Assembly (NCBI RefSeq): GCF_001194135.2
Contig: NC_068992.1
Location: 49,761,692-49,809,045, forward strand
Direction of reading: 5' to 3'
Length of the DNA: 47,354 nucleotides
Source of the DNA: Octopus bimaculoides
Lineage: Eukaryota
Under the pieces are notes generated by a model. It was not told where the DNA came from, did no database searches, and saw only the letters and a list, made by a program, of their open reading frames with translations. Position 1 is the stretch's first letter. Each line of letters opens with the position of its first letter. Positions 12,423 to 24,796 of this stretch are shown here, piece by piece. A program made the position numbers and the translations under genes.

Positions 12423-13284
12423 TTGTACTGTTTTCTATTCAAAATAATAGAGCTTTCTCCATTGTCTCCATAATGTAATCGTATAGTGTGTGTTTTAGAA
12501 TTATTGAAAATCTATTAAATTTATTTGTTCCTAATTTTCACTTCAATCTTTTTCGTTGTTCTAACTAGTGCTTCATTTATACCAAATTATTTTGCAGTTT
12601 TGTTCAACCTTTTTTTATTTTGAAGTTGACTTAATGTATTAATTATAATTTCCAGAGAAATCAACTTTGTTGACATTTGAAACTCAATTCCTCAACACTG
12701 AAAACATTTAACAAGATATAATAACAATTACTTCTAACTTAATTTGAAAATAGGTGAAAATCGCAGGTAGAATGAATGCTGTATTCATATTTATGATTGA
12801 CAGCCTTTGTTATGCAAATTAAATGGGCTGGAGTAGTGTTTTAAAGAGGGATGTTGGAATTCAGTTTTCCACAGTGCTTTCTTGAGATATAATCTAGCAA
12901 CTGCTGCAGCTAGTCAGCGTGATAGGATTATCTGTTGTGGCATATAATCAATAAACACTCGGAACAGAAGATTATAAACATCATCTTACCTGAACTGGGA
13001 TGAATTTTAAATTCCATGGGTAGCAAAGAATTCTTGTTTTTCCTTCAGTTTTTTTTTTTCATCTTGTTGCTCTAATGGTGAATTCATGTCTGTTTTCTGA
13101 TTATAAAATTGCCACTTGAATAGATCCCAATTCTCATGCAGGTATGTGAGATTTACCTCAGACTATCACACCTTATTGCCCTTTGTTTCTGGAGTCAGCA
13201 TTCTCAACACCCAGGTAGCAAACATATTTGATATGTTCAAATATTCCCAATAATTCAATCAACTGACTCCAAACCAACCCCCTA

Positions 13285-13320
<36 letters not shown>

Positions 13321-13944
13321 TCACTCATTATCTCTTCTTTTATAATACATTCAACAACTGTCATGTTCTCTTTGGAAGGCTCTTTCACAGAATCTCCTGA
13401 CTGTGCTCCAACTTCAAGGGATCTTTTGTCTGTAGTGTTTGACTGTTGCACATTAATGGCAATCCTCATTGTACATATTTTGCATGTGATCATAGATTTT
13501 TCTATGGCACAAATGATCTCCTCTTTAGAGCTAGAAAGCATTTCAGTCTCCAATAGTTTCTGACAATCTACTAGGTTCAAGTGATACCCATAATGGTGTA
13601 CTGCACCCATATCTGGTAAGATGTAGCTGCTGTGCATACTGACGTCTAGGGCCACATCTAGAGAAGGGCACTTGACTGATTGGCATTTACCACTCATGGA
13701 TGTACTCTACCTGCTGGCTCACCATTGTGAGGTTTCCTCTTTCTGTCACTACTATATTAGCTTCTGCTTCTCAGAGCTGGCTGGTCTCATACCCCAACCA
13801 CTCGGGTATCTCTGATTCACTCATTTCTCCATTTCTTATTTACCTTATTCTATCTAATCCTTTTATCCCTGCACTAACCTTTATGCTTATACCTATCTAT
13901 CTAGCTACCTAGGTATTCATTCATTCATCCATCCATCCACATGT

Positions 13945-13989
<45 letters not shown>

Positions 13990-14390
13990 AGTGAAGGACT
14001 GGGCACATGATAATAAATCCATATTGATATTATACAAAAGCTCAATAGCTCAACATACTCATATCCAATCATAGGATATACTGACAGGTTAATAACTTTA
14101 TGATAAGACAGAAAGAAAGAGGTGTTCATGCATGTGTGTGTGTGTGTGTGATGAAATGATGGATGACTCTTAGCAAAGGAAGCAGGAACACTGACAATTC
14201 ATGGTAAGAATGAACTATGATGAATACATACAACCCTGTATTAAGATTGTTGTTACTAACTTGTCATTTCTCGAGTGAAATAGTGTCTCTAAACTTATGG
14301 AGAACTGAGAGTTGTGTGAATTCTCAGGAGAGTTACGGCTTCCATGCATGCATGTGTACTTGCATTTATTTGGTTCATATATTCATACCT

Positions 14391-14420
<30 letters not shown>

Positions 14421-14421
<1 letters not shown>

Positions 14422-14610
14422 GGAGAATATACAAATAATAACAACAGACGAGGACAGGTGGTGTAAATAACAAAAGGATGTATTAGTATGACGCTCGGGA
14501 ATACGGAAAGTCTTTGACGTTTCGAGCTACGCTCTTCAACAGAAAGAATACGGAGACAAGGAGAAAAACACGGAGAAAAAAAATTGAATAGTGTTCAGTC
14601 AACGGTCAAT
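14421..14610 (-). mobile_element. Penelope-like terminal-repeat fragment carrying a minimal hammerhead motif
   Basis: Inserted next to (TA)n and retains its CpGs. The minus strand contains CTTT-CTGTTGA-A-GAGC-GTA-GCTC-GAAA-C-GTC-AAAG. The Penelope assignment rests on this motif, not on coding sequence. Confidence 0.6.
14512..14546 (-). ncRNA. Minimal type-I hammerhead ribozyme-like motif (dimer type, non-canonical A6U core)
   Basis: Stem I cttt/aaag, core CUGUUGA plus A, stem II gagc/gctc with a 3-nt loop, GAAA, palindromic ACGU in place of stem III, and a GUC cleavage triplet. Confidence 0.55.
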
Positions 14611-14722
14611 CATAATATATATATGTGTGTGTGTGTATGTATATCTATCTATCTATCTATCTATCTATCTTGCCATCTGTCCATCCATCTAGTGTATTGG
14701 AGAATGGTAAAGCAAGCGTAGT

Positions 14723-15162
14723 ATCATCATCATCGTTTAACGTCCACTTTCCATGCTAGCATGGGTTGGACGATTTGACTGAGGACTGGCAAGCCAGAAG
14801 GCTGCACCAGGTTCCAATCTGATCTGGCAGAGTTTCTACAGCTGGATGCCCTTCCTAACGCCAACCACTCCAAGAGTGTAGTGGGTGCTTTTATGTGCCA
14901 CCGGCATGAGGGCCAGTCACATGGTACTGGCAATGGCCTCGCTCAAAAGGTGTTTTTTACATGCCACCTGCATGGGAGCCAGTCCAGCGGCACTGGCAAT
15001 GACCTCGCTCGAATGATTTTCTAACGTGCCACCAGCACAAGTGCTAGAAGGCGATGCTGGTAATGATTACGCTCAAATTGTGCTATATACAGGCCACTAG
15101 CAGGGAAGCCAGACAGCTGCTCTGGCAATGATCACGCTCGGACAGTGCTGTTAGTGCTCCAC
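14723..15162 (-). mobile_element. Family A repeat, long copy (inverted)
   Basis: The reverse complement aligns end to end with 7541-7968. Confidence 0.78.
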
Positions 15163-15750
15163 TATTATGAATATAGGTATTCATAATAGAGTAGTGCTCA
15201 GGCAGTTCTAACATTTATTTACTACCTACTGCCAGGCATCTCCTACTTATTGTCTACACTTTGACAGACCTCCCTGTTGTCTTGATCACTTCCATGCAAC
15301 CTATTTTATCTCTCTTTTCTCTGGTCACCAACAACTGATGTCTTCATACCACCATTTCTACTTCAGTTACCCCACTCCTCTCCCCCTTCCCATCTTTACC
15401 TCTGAGTTTTTGTTTTTTTGTTCGTTACCATTCCACTCTACCCCAACACCATGCTTTATCTTTGTAAACACTTGTAAAATACACTTTTAGCCAGAATCCG
15501 CTGATGTAGGTAACGTGATTATGCCTTATTGATCTATCAGAACTCGTGTTGTTCCATACACCTGTGACATTATGGATCTTTATTATTTTTATTTAATCAA
15601 CTTGGTTATAGCATAAACCATGTTGCACCTGAAACAGCTGTCAAGATAAGACTATTACGTAATTCCTTTTGTTTATTTTGTGTAAATATGCTCATCAAGT
15701 CTACTTGTGCTTATCTGCTTTTTTAGTTATATATAAATAAATAAATATAT

Positions 15751-16126
15751 ATATATTGTCTGAATTTTATGGTGTTAATTATCCATCATGGCTGGTTTTA
15801 TCAATCAGTTTCACACAAAATTATATAATGGAGTGTTAGGCAACAAACTGGTTATACAATATACGCTCAACAGAGATAGCCGACATGGAGGGGGAAATGG
15901 TGACCACTCTCCACTATTCTTTATAATATAATAGCTTGCCTGAAATTCCATAAATAGTATAATACCCCAGCGGTCGCCATTTCCCCTTCCATGTTGGCTA
16001 TCTCTGACGATCGTATATTGTTTAACCAGTTTGTTGCCTAACACTCCATTATATAATTTCATGTGAAACCAATTGGTAAGACCAGCCATGATTGGTAATT
16101 AACACTATAAAATTCAGACAATATAT
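15751..16126. repeat. 376-bp foldback (MITE-like): ~155-bp inverted arms with a 66-bp spacer
   Basis: 15751-15905 is the reverse complement of 15972-16126 with roughly 16 substitutions, no indels, and a perfect 37-bp core. The ends are ATATAT. Confidence 0.9.
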
Positions 16127-16195
16127 CCACTCTACAAACAGTTATACGAGGGCATCTTCTCCCTGACTTATGATCCCTTAGACGACTCAAGCAGT

Positions 16196-16388
16196 ATCAT
16201 CATCATCATCATTTAACGTCCACTTTCCATGCTAGCATGGGTTGGACGATTTGATTGAGAACTAGCAAGCCAGAAGGCTGCACCAGGCTCCAATCTGATC
16301 TGGCGGAGTTTCTACAGCTGGATGCCCTTCCTAATGCCAACCACTCCGAGAGTGTAGTGGGTGCTTTTACGTGCCACTGGCACGAGGG
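16196..16388 (-). mobile_element. Family A repeat
   Basis: (ATC)n-TTTAACGTCCACTTTCCATGCTAGCATGGGTTGGACG...CTGGATGCCCTTCCT. Confidence 0.78.
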
Positions 16389-17343
16389 TATATATATATA
16401 TATACATGCACATTTCACAGTGTAATTATAATAATGTGCATTGTGTTCTTGAGTGAAACAGTTTATCTCACGTTACACTGCAATTACTTTCACATCTGAC
16501 ATATGGCATACGATTCACCTGTACATACAGTGTCAATTTGATGGAGTTACTGAGTTTATGTGTAGCACAAACTTTTGATCACTATAAACAAATCACCTGT
16601 GTTGGTTGTTCAAAAAGAAATTACAGGACTGTTTTTCTTGGATCAGAAGGCTACCAAGCAGGTGATTATTATGTTTAATGCTGTAGAAAATTCTCATATG
16701 TTAGCAACATTGCACACAACTTGGCAGTGTTTAAGACAATTCACACTTGAATGAACTGTGTTCATTTGTGGGTAGAGATATAAATAAGGGTTGTGGGTGT
16801 TGTATTTGTGGCTCTTGAACCAATGGTAAATGAATGCAAAGATTTGATTGACATCTAATGAGTTTCTCTCTTAAAGCTGATTAGTAGGAAATGATATTAT
16901 ATCGAAAGGAGGAAGTTGTTGTTGGGTAATACTTTCTGTTCCTAGTCAGTCATTGTAAGGTTGACAAACAGATAATATGAAATTTTGCAGAGATCACACC
17001 TCATTGACCTGTTTGTAAATGGACAGTCTACAGAATTTCTCAAAGACACACAAACACACATGTAAATCCACATACCTACCCACACATGCACATACACATT
17101 AATAAAAGTTTGGCTTCACAGAGAGAGAGTGATATAGATTAGATTTCAGTACATAAAATGGAATATATGTATTATCTTTATTAGATGGAGAACACAGGAG
17201 GAACTGAAAGACCTAGAGTTCCATGTTGAAATCTTCAACAAATTCGGTTTGAATTTTGGAAGTGTTTTGGCACAAAATTCTTGCTCCTTGAGTCACTGAC
17301 CAATATAAATAATATAAATAAATAAATCCATCCATCCATTTAC

Positions 17344-17406
17344 CTCTCTCTCTTTCTCTTTCTCTTTATCTTTCTCTCTCTTTCTCTTTCTCTCTCTCTT
17401 TCTCTC

Positions 17407-17439
<33 letters not shown>

Positions 17440-17446
17440 CTCTCTT

Positions 17447-17480
<34 letters not shown>

Positions 17481-17588
17481 TCTTTCTCTTTCTCTCTCTC
17501 TTTATCTTTCTCTTTCTCTCTCTCTTTCTCTCTTTCTCTTTCTCTCTCTCTTTCTCTTTCTCTCTCTCTTTCTCTTTCTCTCTCTCTT
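17344..17588. repeat. Compound (CT)n/(CTCTTT)n polypyrimidine microsatellite
   Basis: About 245 bp of almost pure C/T. Confidence 0.95.
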
Positions 17589-17756
17589 TGTACATATGTA
17601 TGCCAACACCAATCCCATGAAAATACAAGTTGACCAACTGAACAACTGTTTGAACTTTGAAGGTTGCAGACTAACGGCCGCTTGATCTGATGCTCTACTC
17701 TTCATTCTCACTCATTGTTTAATCACCTTTTAAGGTTACTTTGACAAATATTTTTT

Positions 17757-17890
17757 TATATAAATTCTAGCCAGCACTGATTTTTGTTACAATGTTTCAT
17801 GTCCAAGATGTCAGATGTCTGTTTGCTTACATCTGACATCTTGGATAAAAAAATGTTGTAACAAAAGTCAGTGCTTGCTATAATTTCTAT
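17757..17890. repeat. Inverted repeat: ~60-bp arms with a 10-nt loop
   Basis: TCCAAGATGTCAGATGT-ctgtttgctt-ACATCTGACATCTTGGA (17 bp perfect) is extended by GCACTGATTTTTGTTACAA / TTGTAACAAAAGTCAGTGC. Confidence 0.88.
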
Positions 17891-20724
17891 AGGATATTTG
17901 TAAAGATAACCTTAATAAGTACATAAAATGGAGTATATAGATATTATTTTTATTAGACGGGGAACATTAATTTCTATTTTAATTATCAAATCTTCGCTTA
18001 ATGAAATACTGCATCCCAACAAGTCAAACTTTTAAATCAAGCTGTTGATATAACCTGAACTTAGAAGAAACACCATTCAATTCTAGATAGTGACCTGTTG
18101 TTCATCATTGCTCAAAGTACTTTCATTTCCCTTCTTCTGTGTGTATACAAACATACCCATCCTAATTCTACTATTCTTTTCTGTAATGTACATTGTGTTT
18201 AACTAATTTGTTGGACTGGTGATGGTCCTGGAGGGCATCATTATACAATTTCTAAAAACATCATTTTTAAGCAGTTATAATTTTCTGCTAAGGCAGTGGT
18301 CTGATTCCTGGCTACAAGATTTTACTGTGTATAACACATCAGTTTAGTACATCAGTTTGACCTTTCATAGTTCTGTTAAATATGAATGGGAGTGCTTTCT
18401 ATATATATGTATGTGTGTGTGTATGGATGGATGGATGGATGTGTGTATGTATACATGTGTGTGTGTATATGCATGCACGCATGTATGAATGTGTATTTGT
18501 GTGTGTGTGCATTCATATATGTATGTACATATGCTTGTATAGACAACTTAGTTTTTCAATCAACTGGAAAGATGTGGGTATTTTATGGTTTGGTCAGAGA
18601 AGAAAGGGTTGCATCTGTGCCCTTTGATGGAGTGGCAAAGAGGAAGAAGCTACTAACCATGGGTTACTAGGCAAGCAGGCAGACAGGAAGTCAGGCAGGC
18701 AGGCTGGCTGGTTGGTTTCCAGTTACATTATAACTCACATACAGGAAAATTGGACTGGGGACTGTTGTTTCTGCCACCTTCAGTACTTTGGGAGTAAGAG
18801 AAGAAGGGGGAGAGAGAGAGAGAGAGGGAGACAGACAGACAGAGAAGGAGAGAGAGTGTTTACTAAAAAATAGAAGATAGGACAAAGATTCCCTTTTTGG
18901 GGAGAGAACCACTTCAGGGTTTATAATTTTTTAAAATTACGTGAAATATTTTTTTATGAGTGAGCGAGCATATGAGATAATATTTCCATATTATCCTTTC
19001 TTTTTTCTTTTTTAAGTGTCCTGGTAGTTGTAGATAGCACCATTTCTCCCTTTTTGTGGACTCCTCAGTACAACATAATTGAAGATCATAAAATTGGTTG
19101 GTCTGTGTTCATTTTAAAACCTTTAGAAATTGTATATGATTGATTTTCTTCCCTTCTTATTTTTCTTTTGTTCTTAACAGTGGAGAAAAGGAATGAAGAG
19201 ATAGAGGCAGGGCAATGAAAGCCTCAAGGTCATTTATAACTAAAATTAACCTTTGCTGTAAAAATATATATGTTATAGTTTCCTTCCTTTTTATCATACA
19301 ACTATTGTTTTTAATCAAATTTAAATTGAATGTAAATCAGGAATTAGTGTATCATTTAAATATTGAATTTTCCTCAAAGTGGGGCACTGCTCTTGATTAC
19401 TTGCAAATGTATTAATTCTGCTTAAGACATACAAGGACCTTGTGGTGGTGTTAAACCTGGTGAAGGGCTAATTTCAAAACCCCAGTGCAACCCATTTTAT
19501 TAACAGTTTAGTGAACTGAGCCAAGAAAAGAGAGAGAGAAAGAGTTAAGGAGTCTTTTATATGAATATGGCCCCAGGTGGATGCCGCAATTTCAGTCTGT
19601 CCACTTATATACTTGGAACCTGTAAGTAGCACTTTGCCTACTCAATCGGTCACATCTCCTATAAACACATGCTTAGACATACGAAATTGGTTGCTAGGTG
19701 CACTCCATTGTAGAACAATGCTATAACAGGAACAATTTTATCGATTCTTCTTTCATATTTCCCAATCTTTTCCATTAATTTCTATTTTAATTTTCAAATC
19801 TTCGCAAGAAAGACAAAAAAAAAAACCCCAAAAAAACCAAAGGGTGAACAGATGTGACAGAAAAATGAAAGACAATTGCAGCCATGTTTGTTTTCGGTTG
19901 AGTTTCTTTCTCTCTTTCTTTCTTTCTGTCTTTCTTTCATTTTTAAGAATTCATTGAAATATTCGGTTTTTGTTTTGTAATTCTGAATTAAAATTAGCAT
20001 TTTGGAATATTTTATCTGTAATAAAGCACTATATCTATATACTGAACTAGTATATAATTTTATTGAAATAACCCCATAATGAAAAAAATATATAATAACA
20101 TAAATGAATAAAAAGGAGGAGGGGGAGGAGAGCAAGATCAAAAACAGAGTGTGAGAACAAATCAAATAACTTCAACCTAAAACTGGAAGTCAATGTTGTT
20201 TGCAGACGATTTCATAGGGGATGGGAGACAACAAACATTAACAGAATCTGATTTACATTCAATTTAAATTTAATTAAACAATAACAGTAAGATAGAAAAA
20301 AGGAAAGAAACTGTAACAGTCATATTCTTATAGCAAAGGAATTACTGATATAATGTAACTGGAATTCTGACTATCTTACAGTCTGTCTATTTTTCTATCT
20401 ATCTGTCTGTCTGTCTAGTTTTGTGACTCATCAACATCATATAACAGAACTGAGTTGGAGGTGAACTGAATTACCAGTCTATAGCAAAACAATGATATCT
20501 ATCATTCCCAAATAACATTTGGACAGAGTTGTCTTGCCTGTCCATGATTTTCAAATGTTGTGACACTTGGCACTTTGAGGGTGTCATCCTCACCATACTA
20601 ATTCGCAGCCTACTGGCAAACAAGTAAGGTGTTTATATTGAATGTGTGTGGTTGATAATGTTTACAACTCTAGCACTGCTTCTAATAGATATTTGAATTT
20701 ATTCTTATGTATGTGTCATTGGGG

Positions 20725-20872
20725 CATACCAGTTTCCATCTGCCAAATCCACTTTGGTTGATCTATGGTTATAGTGGAAGACACTTGCCCAAGATGTCAC
20801 ACAGTGGGACTGAACTCAGAACTATGTGGTTAGGAAACAAACTTCTGACCACACAGCCATACCAGCATCTAT
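20725..20872 (-). mobile_element. SINE family C
   Basis: CAGTTTCCATCTGCCAAATCCACT...GAAGACACTTGCCCAAG...GGGACTGAAC...CACACAGCCAT. Confidence 0.65.
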
Positions 20873-21696
20873 ATTCACACATGCATGCATACATACACTC
20901 ACACACACAAATGAACTTACATATAGCACATGATGTGAAGGTTCTTCTGAATGTAACTCACAGTTATGTTCAAAGCATCTATGGAAGCTGGTATAACCAA
21001 ACTGATCTGTTGTAGCATAGGAAAATCTTGTAACCAAGAATGAAACCACTGACTTGACAGAAAACCATAGAGCTACTGCTTAAACATTCCGTAAAAGTTC
21101 TTGCAAGCTGTTTGAATGATTTCCTCCTGAGCCATTGTGGGTCCAGCAAGTTAGTAAATGACAAGTAGGCAGGTGGAAAGAAAGAAAGGAATATGGCGAT
21201 GTGTAATAGAATTTTTGATTTATAAATCTGAGCTGCCTGAAGTAAGAAAACATCAACAGAACCTTGTGTTAGTATGATTGATGGAATCACTGTACTTGAC
21301 AAAAGTACTTGCTTCTCCAGTTGCTGTTATTGAAAGACTCACCAGTAGAGAAAACATGTGTCTCTGATGTTATAAATCTTTCAGAAGGAAATTTACAAGA
21401 TATCCCTGTATCTCTGTTTATTTTGGCACTAAAATCACGTTGCCATTGATTTTAAATTAATGTAACACATTCTTTCTTTGTAAGACAATCTAAAGATCTA
21501 TACTGAGAATATAATGTTGAGAAACAGCTGGATTAAATAACAATTTCAACTGATATAGGGATGGAATTTGGCCAAAAGAAATGCTCATATAAGATAGCTG
21601 AAAGTGGAAATTTGCTTCTTAAAACTCAAACCTATACATCAATACTCTCTCTCACTCACTCTCTCTCTCTCTCTCTCCTTTGTTCCACACAATGAG

Positions 21697-21856
21697 TATT
21701 ACAAACTCAGTACTTGACTGTTACTTTATTTTATCCATCCCAGATGAACAAAAAGCAAAGTTGACCTTAGCAGTATTTGAACTCACAATGTAGAAACCAG
21801 AAGAAATACTCCAAGTTGTTTTGCCTAACACTATAAGAATTCTACCAAACCACTAT
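21697..21856 (-). mobile_element. SINE family M
   Basis: CTCAGTACTTGACTG..ACTTTATTTT...AAAGTTGACCTT...TTTGAACTCACAATG. Confidence 0.55.
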
Positions 21857-22214
21857 CTTGCTGTAATTCATGTAATGCTAATACGAACTCTTACTGACAT
21901 TATATTGGAAAACCTTAGAATGGCATTATAAATTAATAAAAGTTACATCAATACACAATTACTATATATGTATATTCTCTGATTTTGCATATATATAAAA
22001 TAAATTTAATCAAAAAAATTGGAGAGTATATGATAGGTACCACTTTAGTGTGTGATCTACTTGGCCATTTACATGTTAGTATGCAGTCTACATGACCATT
22101 TACACTTTAATGTGCAGTTTAGTTCTAATCCTAATTCTAACCCTAAACCCTAATCCTAACCCCGACCCAGATTAGGTAATTTCACTGCAAAGCCTATGGG
22201 TCCTGCAGGAGATT

Positions 22215-22545
22215 GCATACTAAAGTAGCACCAGAGCATCAGGCTCACAATCATGAGGTAGTGAGTTCGATTCCCAGACTGGGCTGTGCATTGTGTTCTT
22301 GAGCAAGACACTTTATTTCAAATTTCTCCAGTTCACTCAGCTGTAGAAATCAGTTGCAGTGTCACTAGCGCCTTTCCCTCGGATAACATCAGTGGCATGG
22401 AGATGGGAGGCTGGTATGCATGGGCAACTGCTGGTCTTCCATAAACAACCTTGTCTGAAATTGTGCCTCGGAGAGGAACTTTCTAGGTGCAATCCCATGG
22501 TCACTCATGGCGAGGTGCAATTCCATGGTCACTCATGACTCTTTA
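22215..22545 (+). mobile_element. tRNA-derived SINE (family V-related)
   Basis: GAGTTCGATTCCCAGACTGGGC...TTGTGTTCTTGAGCAAGACACTTTATTTCA. Confidence 0.6.
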
Positions 22546-22769
22546 CCCTATATAACATTTAAACACACACACACATGTAAAGAGAATGTTATTTCAAATA
22601 CATTTTATAGCCGAAACAGCTCTAAGCTAATGAAGTTCATTACATAACCCTTATTTTTTCTGGTGTCATCTGTTTCTTCTTCTTGCCACTCTATTCTCAT
22701 CTGATGTTTTGTTCTGAAACATAATATATATTGAGTTCTACACCAGGTTATTAGTCTCACTATACCTAA

Positions 22770-22829
<60 letters not shown>

Positions 22830-24074
22830 GATATTATACACAAGGTGAAAAACCTCAGTTCAATAAAACAGAATCAATATTTTTTACAATATAAATGTAT
22901 GGAATATATCCTGGAATGGTTTTATCTCTATGTTAGCCACTATTTTCTGTAAAGAGTATGTGATTTGAAATACACCTTCAATGTCGACTTCTATATTTGT
23001 GATATCAGATCTTGATGTCTGGAAATCAAAAACTTTTTGTATTTTATAAATCAAAGAATTTTGTGGTCTAACTTCCATTATCAGATTATTTCCTGTTAAA
23101 GATTCTAAAAAAAAGAAATCATTTTTGTTTTGGTCCAGAATATTTGTTTCTGTTATAAAGAAAATTCTATACTTTAATGTATCAAAATTTTTCATTTTGT
23201 TACATATAATATTCATTTAATATATTTGTTTTCTATACATATGTACATACAAACATACATACACAGATACGTACATGCACACACATGCACACATACATGT
23301 GATTTTCATTTATCTACACACACACACACACACACGTATACATACAAAGATCATACATACATAAATTTGATTTTCATTCATCTATACACACATGTATACA
23401 TACATACATATGTATGTGTGTGCAAGTCAATGAAAATCAAAATGGAATGTAGAAATAATTATTGGAAAAGAATGAATAAATATAGAAATCCTGTCATCAG
23501 CCATGGAGACTACAATCAACACAGTTTCAGTGTGTTTAAAGTCCAGAAACTTAAAATTGCATGTTACTACTCCTTGGGTTGCACCAGAAATAGTGAACAT
23601 CTCTGATGTGATGGATGTACAAAGACAGTGTGGAGCTCAACATTATACAACACACACACACACACACACACAATCACACACACATGCATTTGTGCGTATG
23701 TATTCATGAAAAGAAATGAGAAATTTTTTTAGAATAAAGTTCCGCATCATCTTCTATAAAACAATATTACTTTACATTTTCACTATATGAATTTTATTAG
23801 CAATATTGACGACAAATTGATTAATTTTTATTTGCAAAAAAAATTAAAGCCATGAAAAAAATAAACAATAACGATGGTGCAATGGTAAAATTTCCTGCTA
23901 AATCATAATCCTTGCTATATTTAGTGATGTTTCTTTCTCATACCAAGTTTAAATCCTGCCAAACCAGTTAATTCCTGTTGTTATTGTTGTGTGTTAGATC
24001 CAGTTCAGCCCAGATTGAAAAATTCTGCTTTTAAATATGTGCCAGTAGTGACGACACTTTTTTTTCAACCATAG

Positions 24075-24470
24075 ATGCAGGCATGGCTGTGTAGTAAGAA
24101 GCTTGCTTCCCAACCACATGGTTTCAGGTTCAGTCCCACTGCATGGCACCTTGGGCAAGTGTCTTCTACTATAGCCTCAGGCTGACCAAAGTCTTCTGAG
24201 TGGATTTGGTGGACAGAAACTGAAAGCCTGTCGCATATATGCATATATGTATGCATCTAAGTGTGTGCATGTCTGTCCTCCAATCACTGCTTGTCAACCG
24301 ATGTTGGTGTGTTTACATCCCTGTAACTTAGCAGTTTGACAAAAGAGACTGATAGAATAAGTACCAGGCTTAGAAAAATAAGTCCTGGGGTCGATTTGTT
24401 TGACTAAAACCCTTCAAAGTGGTGCTCCAGCATGGTCACAGCCATATGACTGAAACAAGTAAAAGAAAAA
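24075..24470 (+). mobile_element. SINE family C (CORE-like centre), near full length with its 3' module
   Basis: GCAGGCATGGCTGTGTAGTAAGAAGCTTGC (A box-like), GGTTCAGTCCC (B box-like), GGCACCTTGGGCAAGTGTCTT core, and 3' module ...GATAGAATAAGTACCAGGC...GACTGAAACAAGTAAAAGA. Confidence 0.75.
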
Positions 24471-24796
24471 AAGAATAGTATTTCAACTGTATAAACTGAA
24501 CTTTCTGCTCTTAAGACTACACAATATTACTGTATTTACTGGTGTATAAAACATAGTTTTTCTTTTTAAATGTATCACAAAACTAATCTGTGTTTAATGC
24601 AGCTATATGTTGGCTGGGAACCCAAGTGTCAAAGGTGAGGGAGCTGGAGGCACAGTAATTGTTACTGATAATTAAATATTGAAAAGAAGCCAAAATATCA
24701 CAGTCTGTTAGCATATACTTATGAAAAATTACTTACAGTATGTCAGCAGTAGTGTGAGGAGGTCACATCATCTCATTATATCTCTTTTGCCAGTGT

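Noticed and set aside
17293-17711. Minus-strand RE/KR-rich ORFs
   Set aside because: Translation of the CT microsatellite.
19588-19626. Micro-exon candidate (aatttcag|...acct|gtaagt)
   Set aside because: About 26 nt, would shift the frame, has a weak pyrimidine tract and no nAChR similarity.
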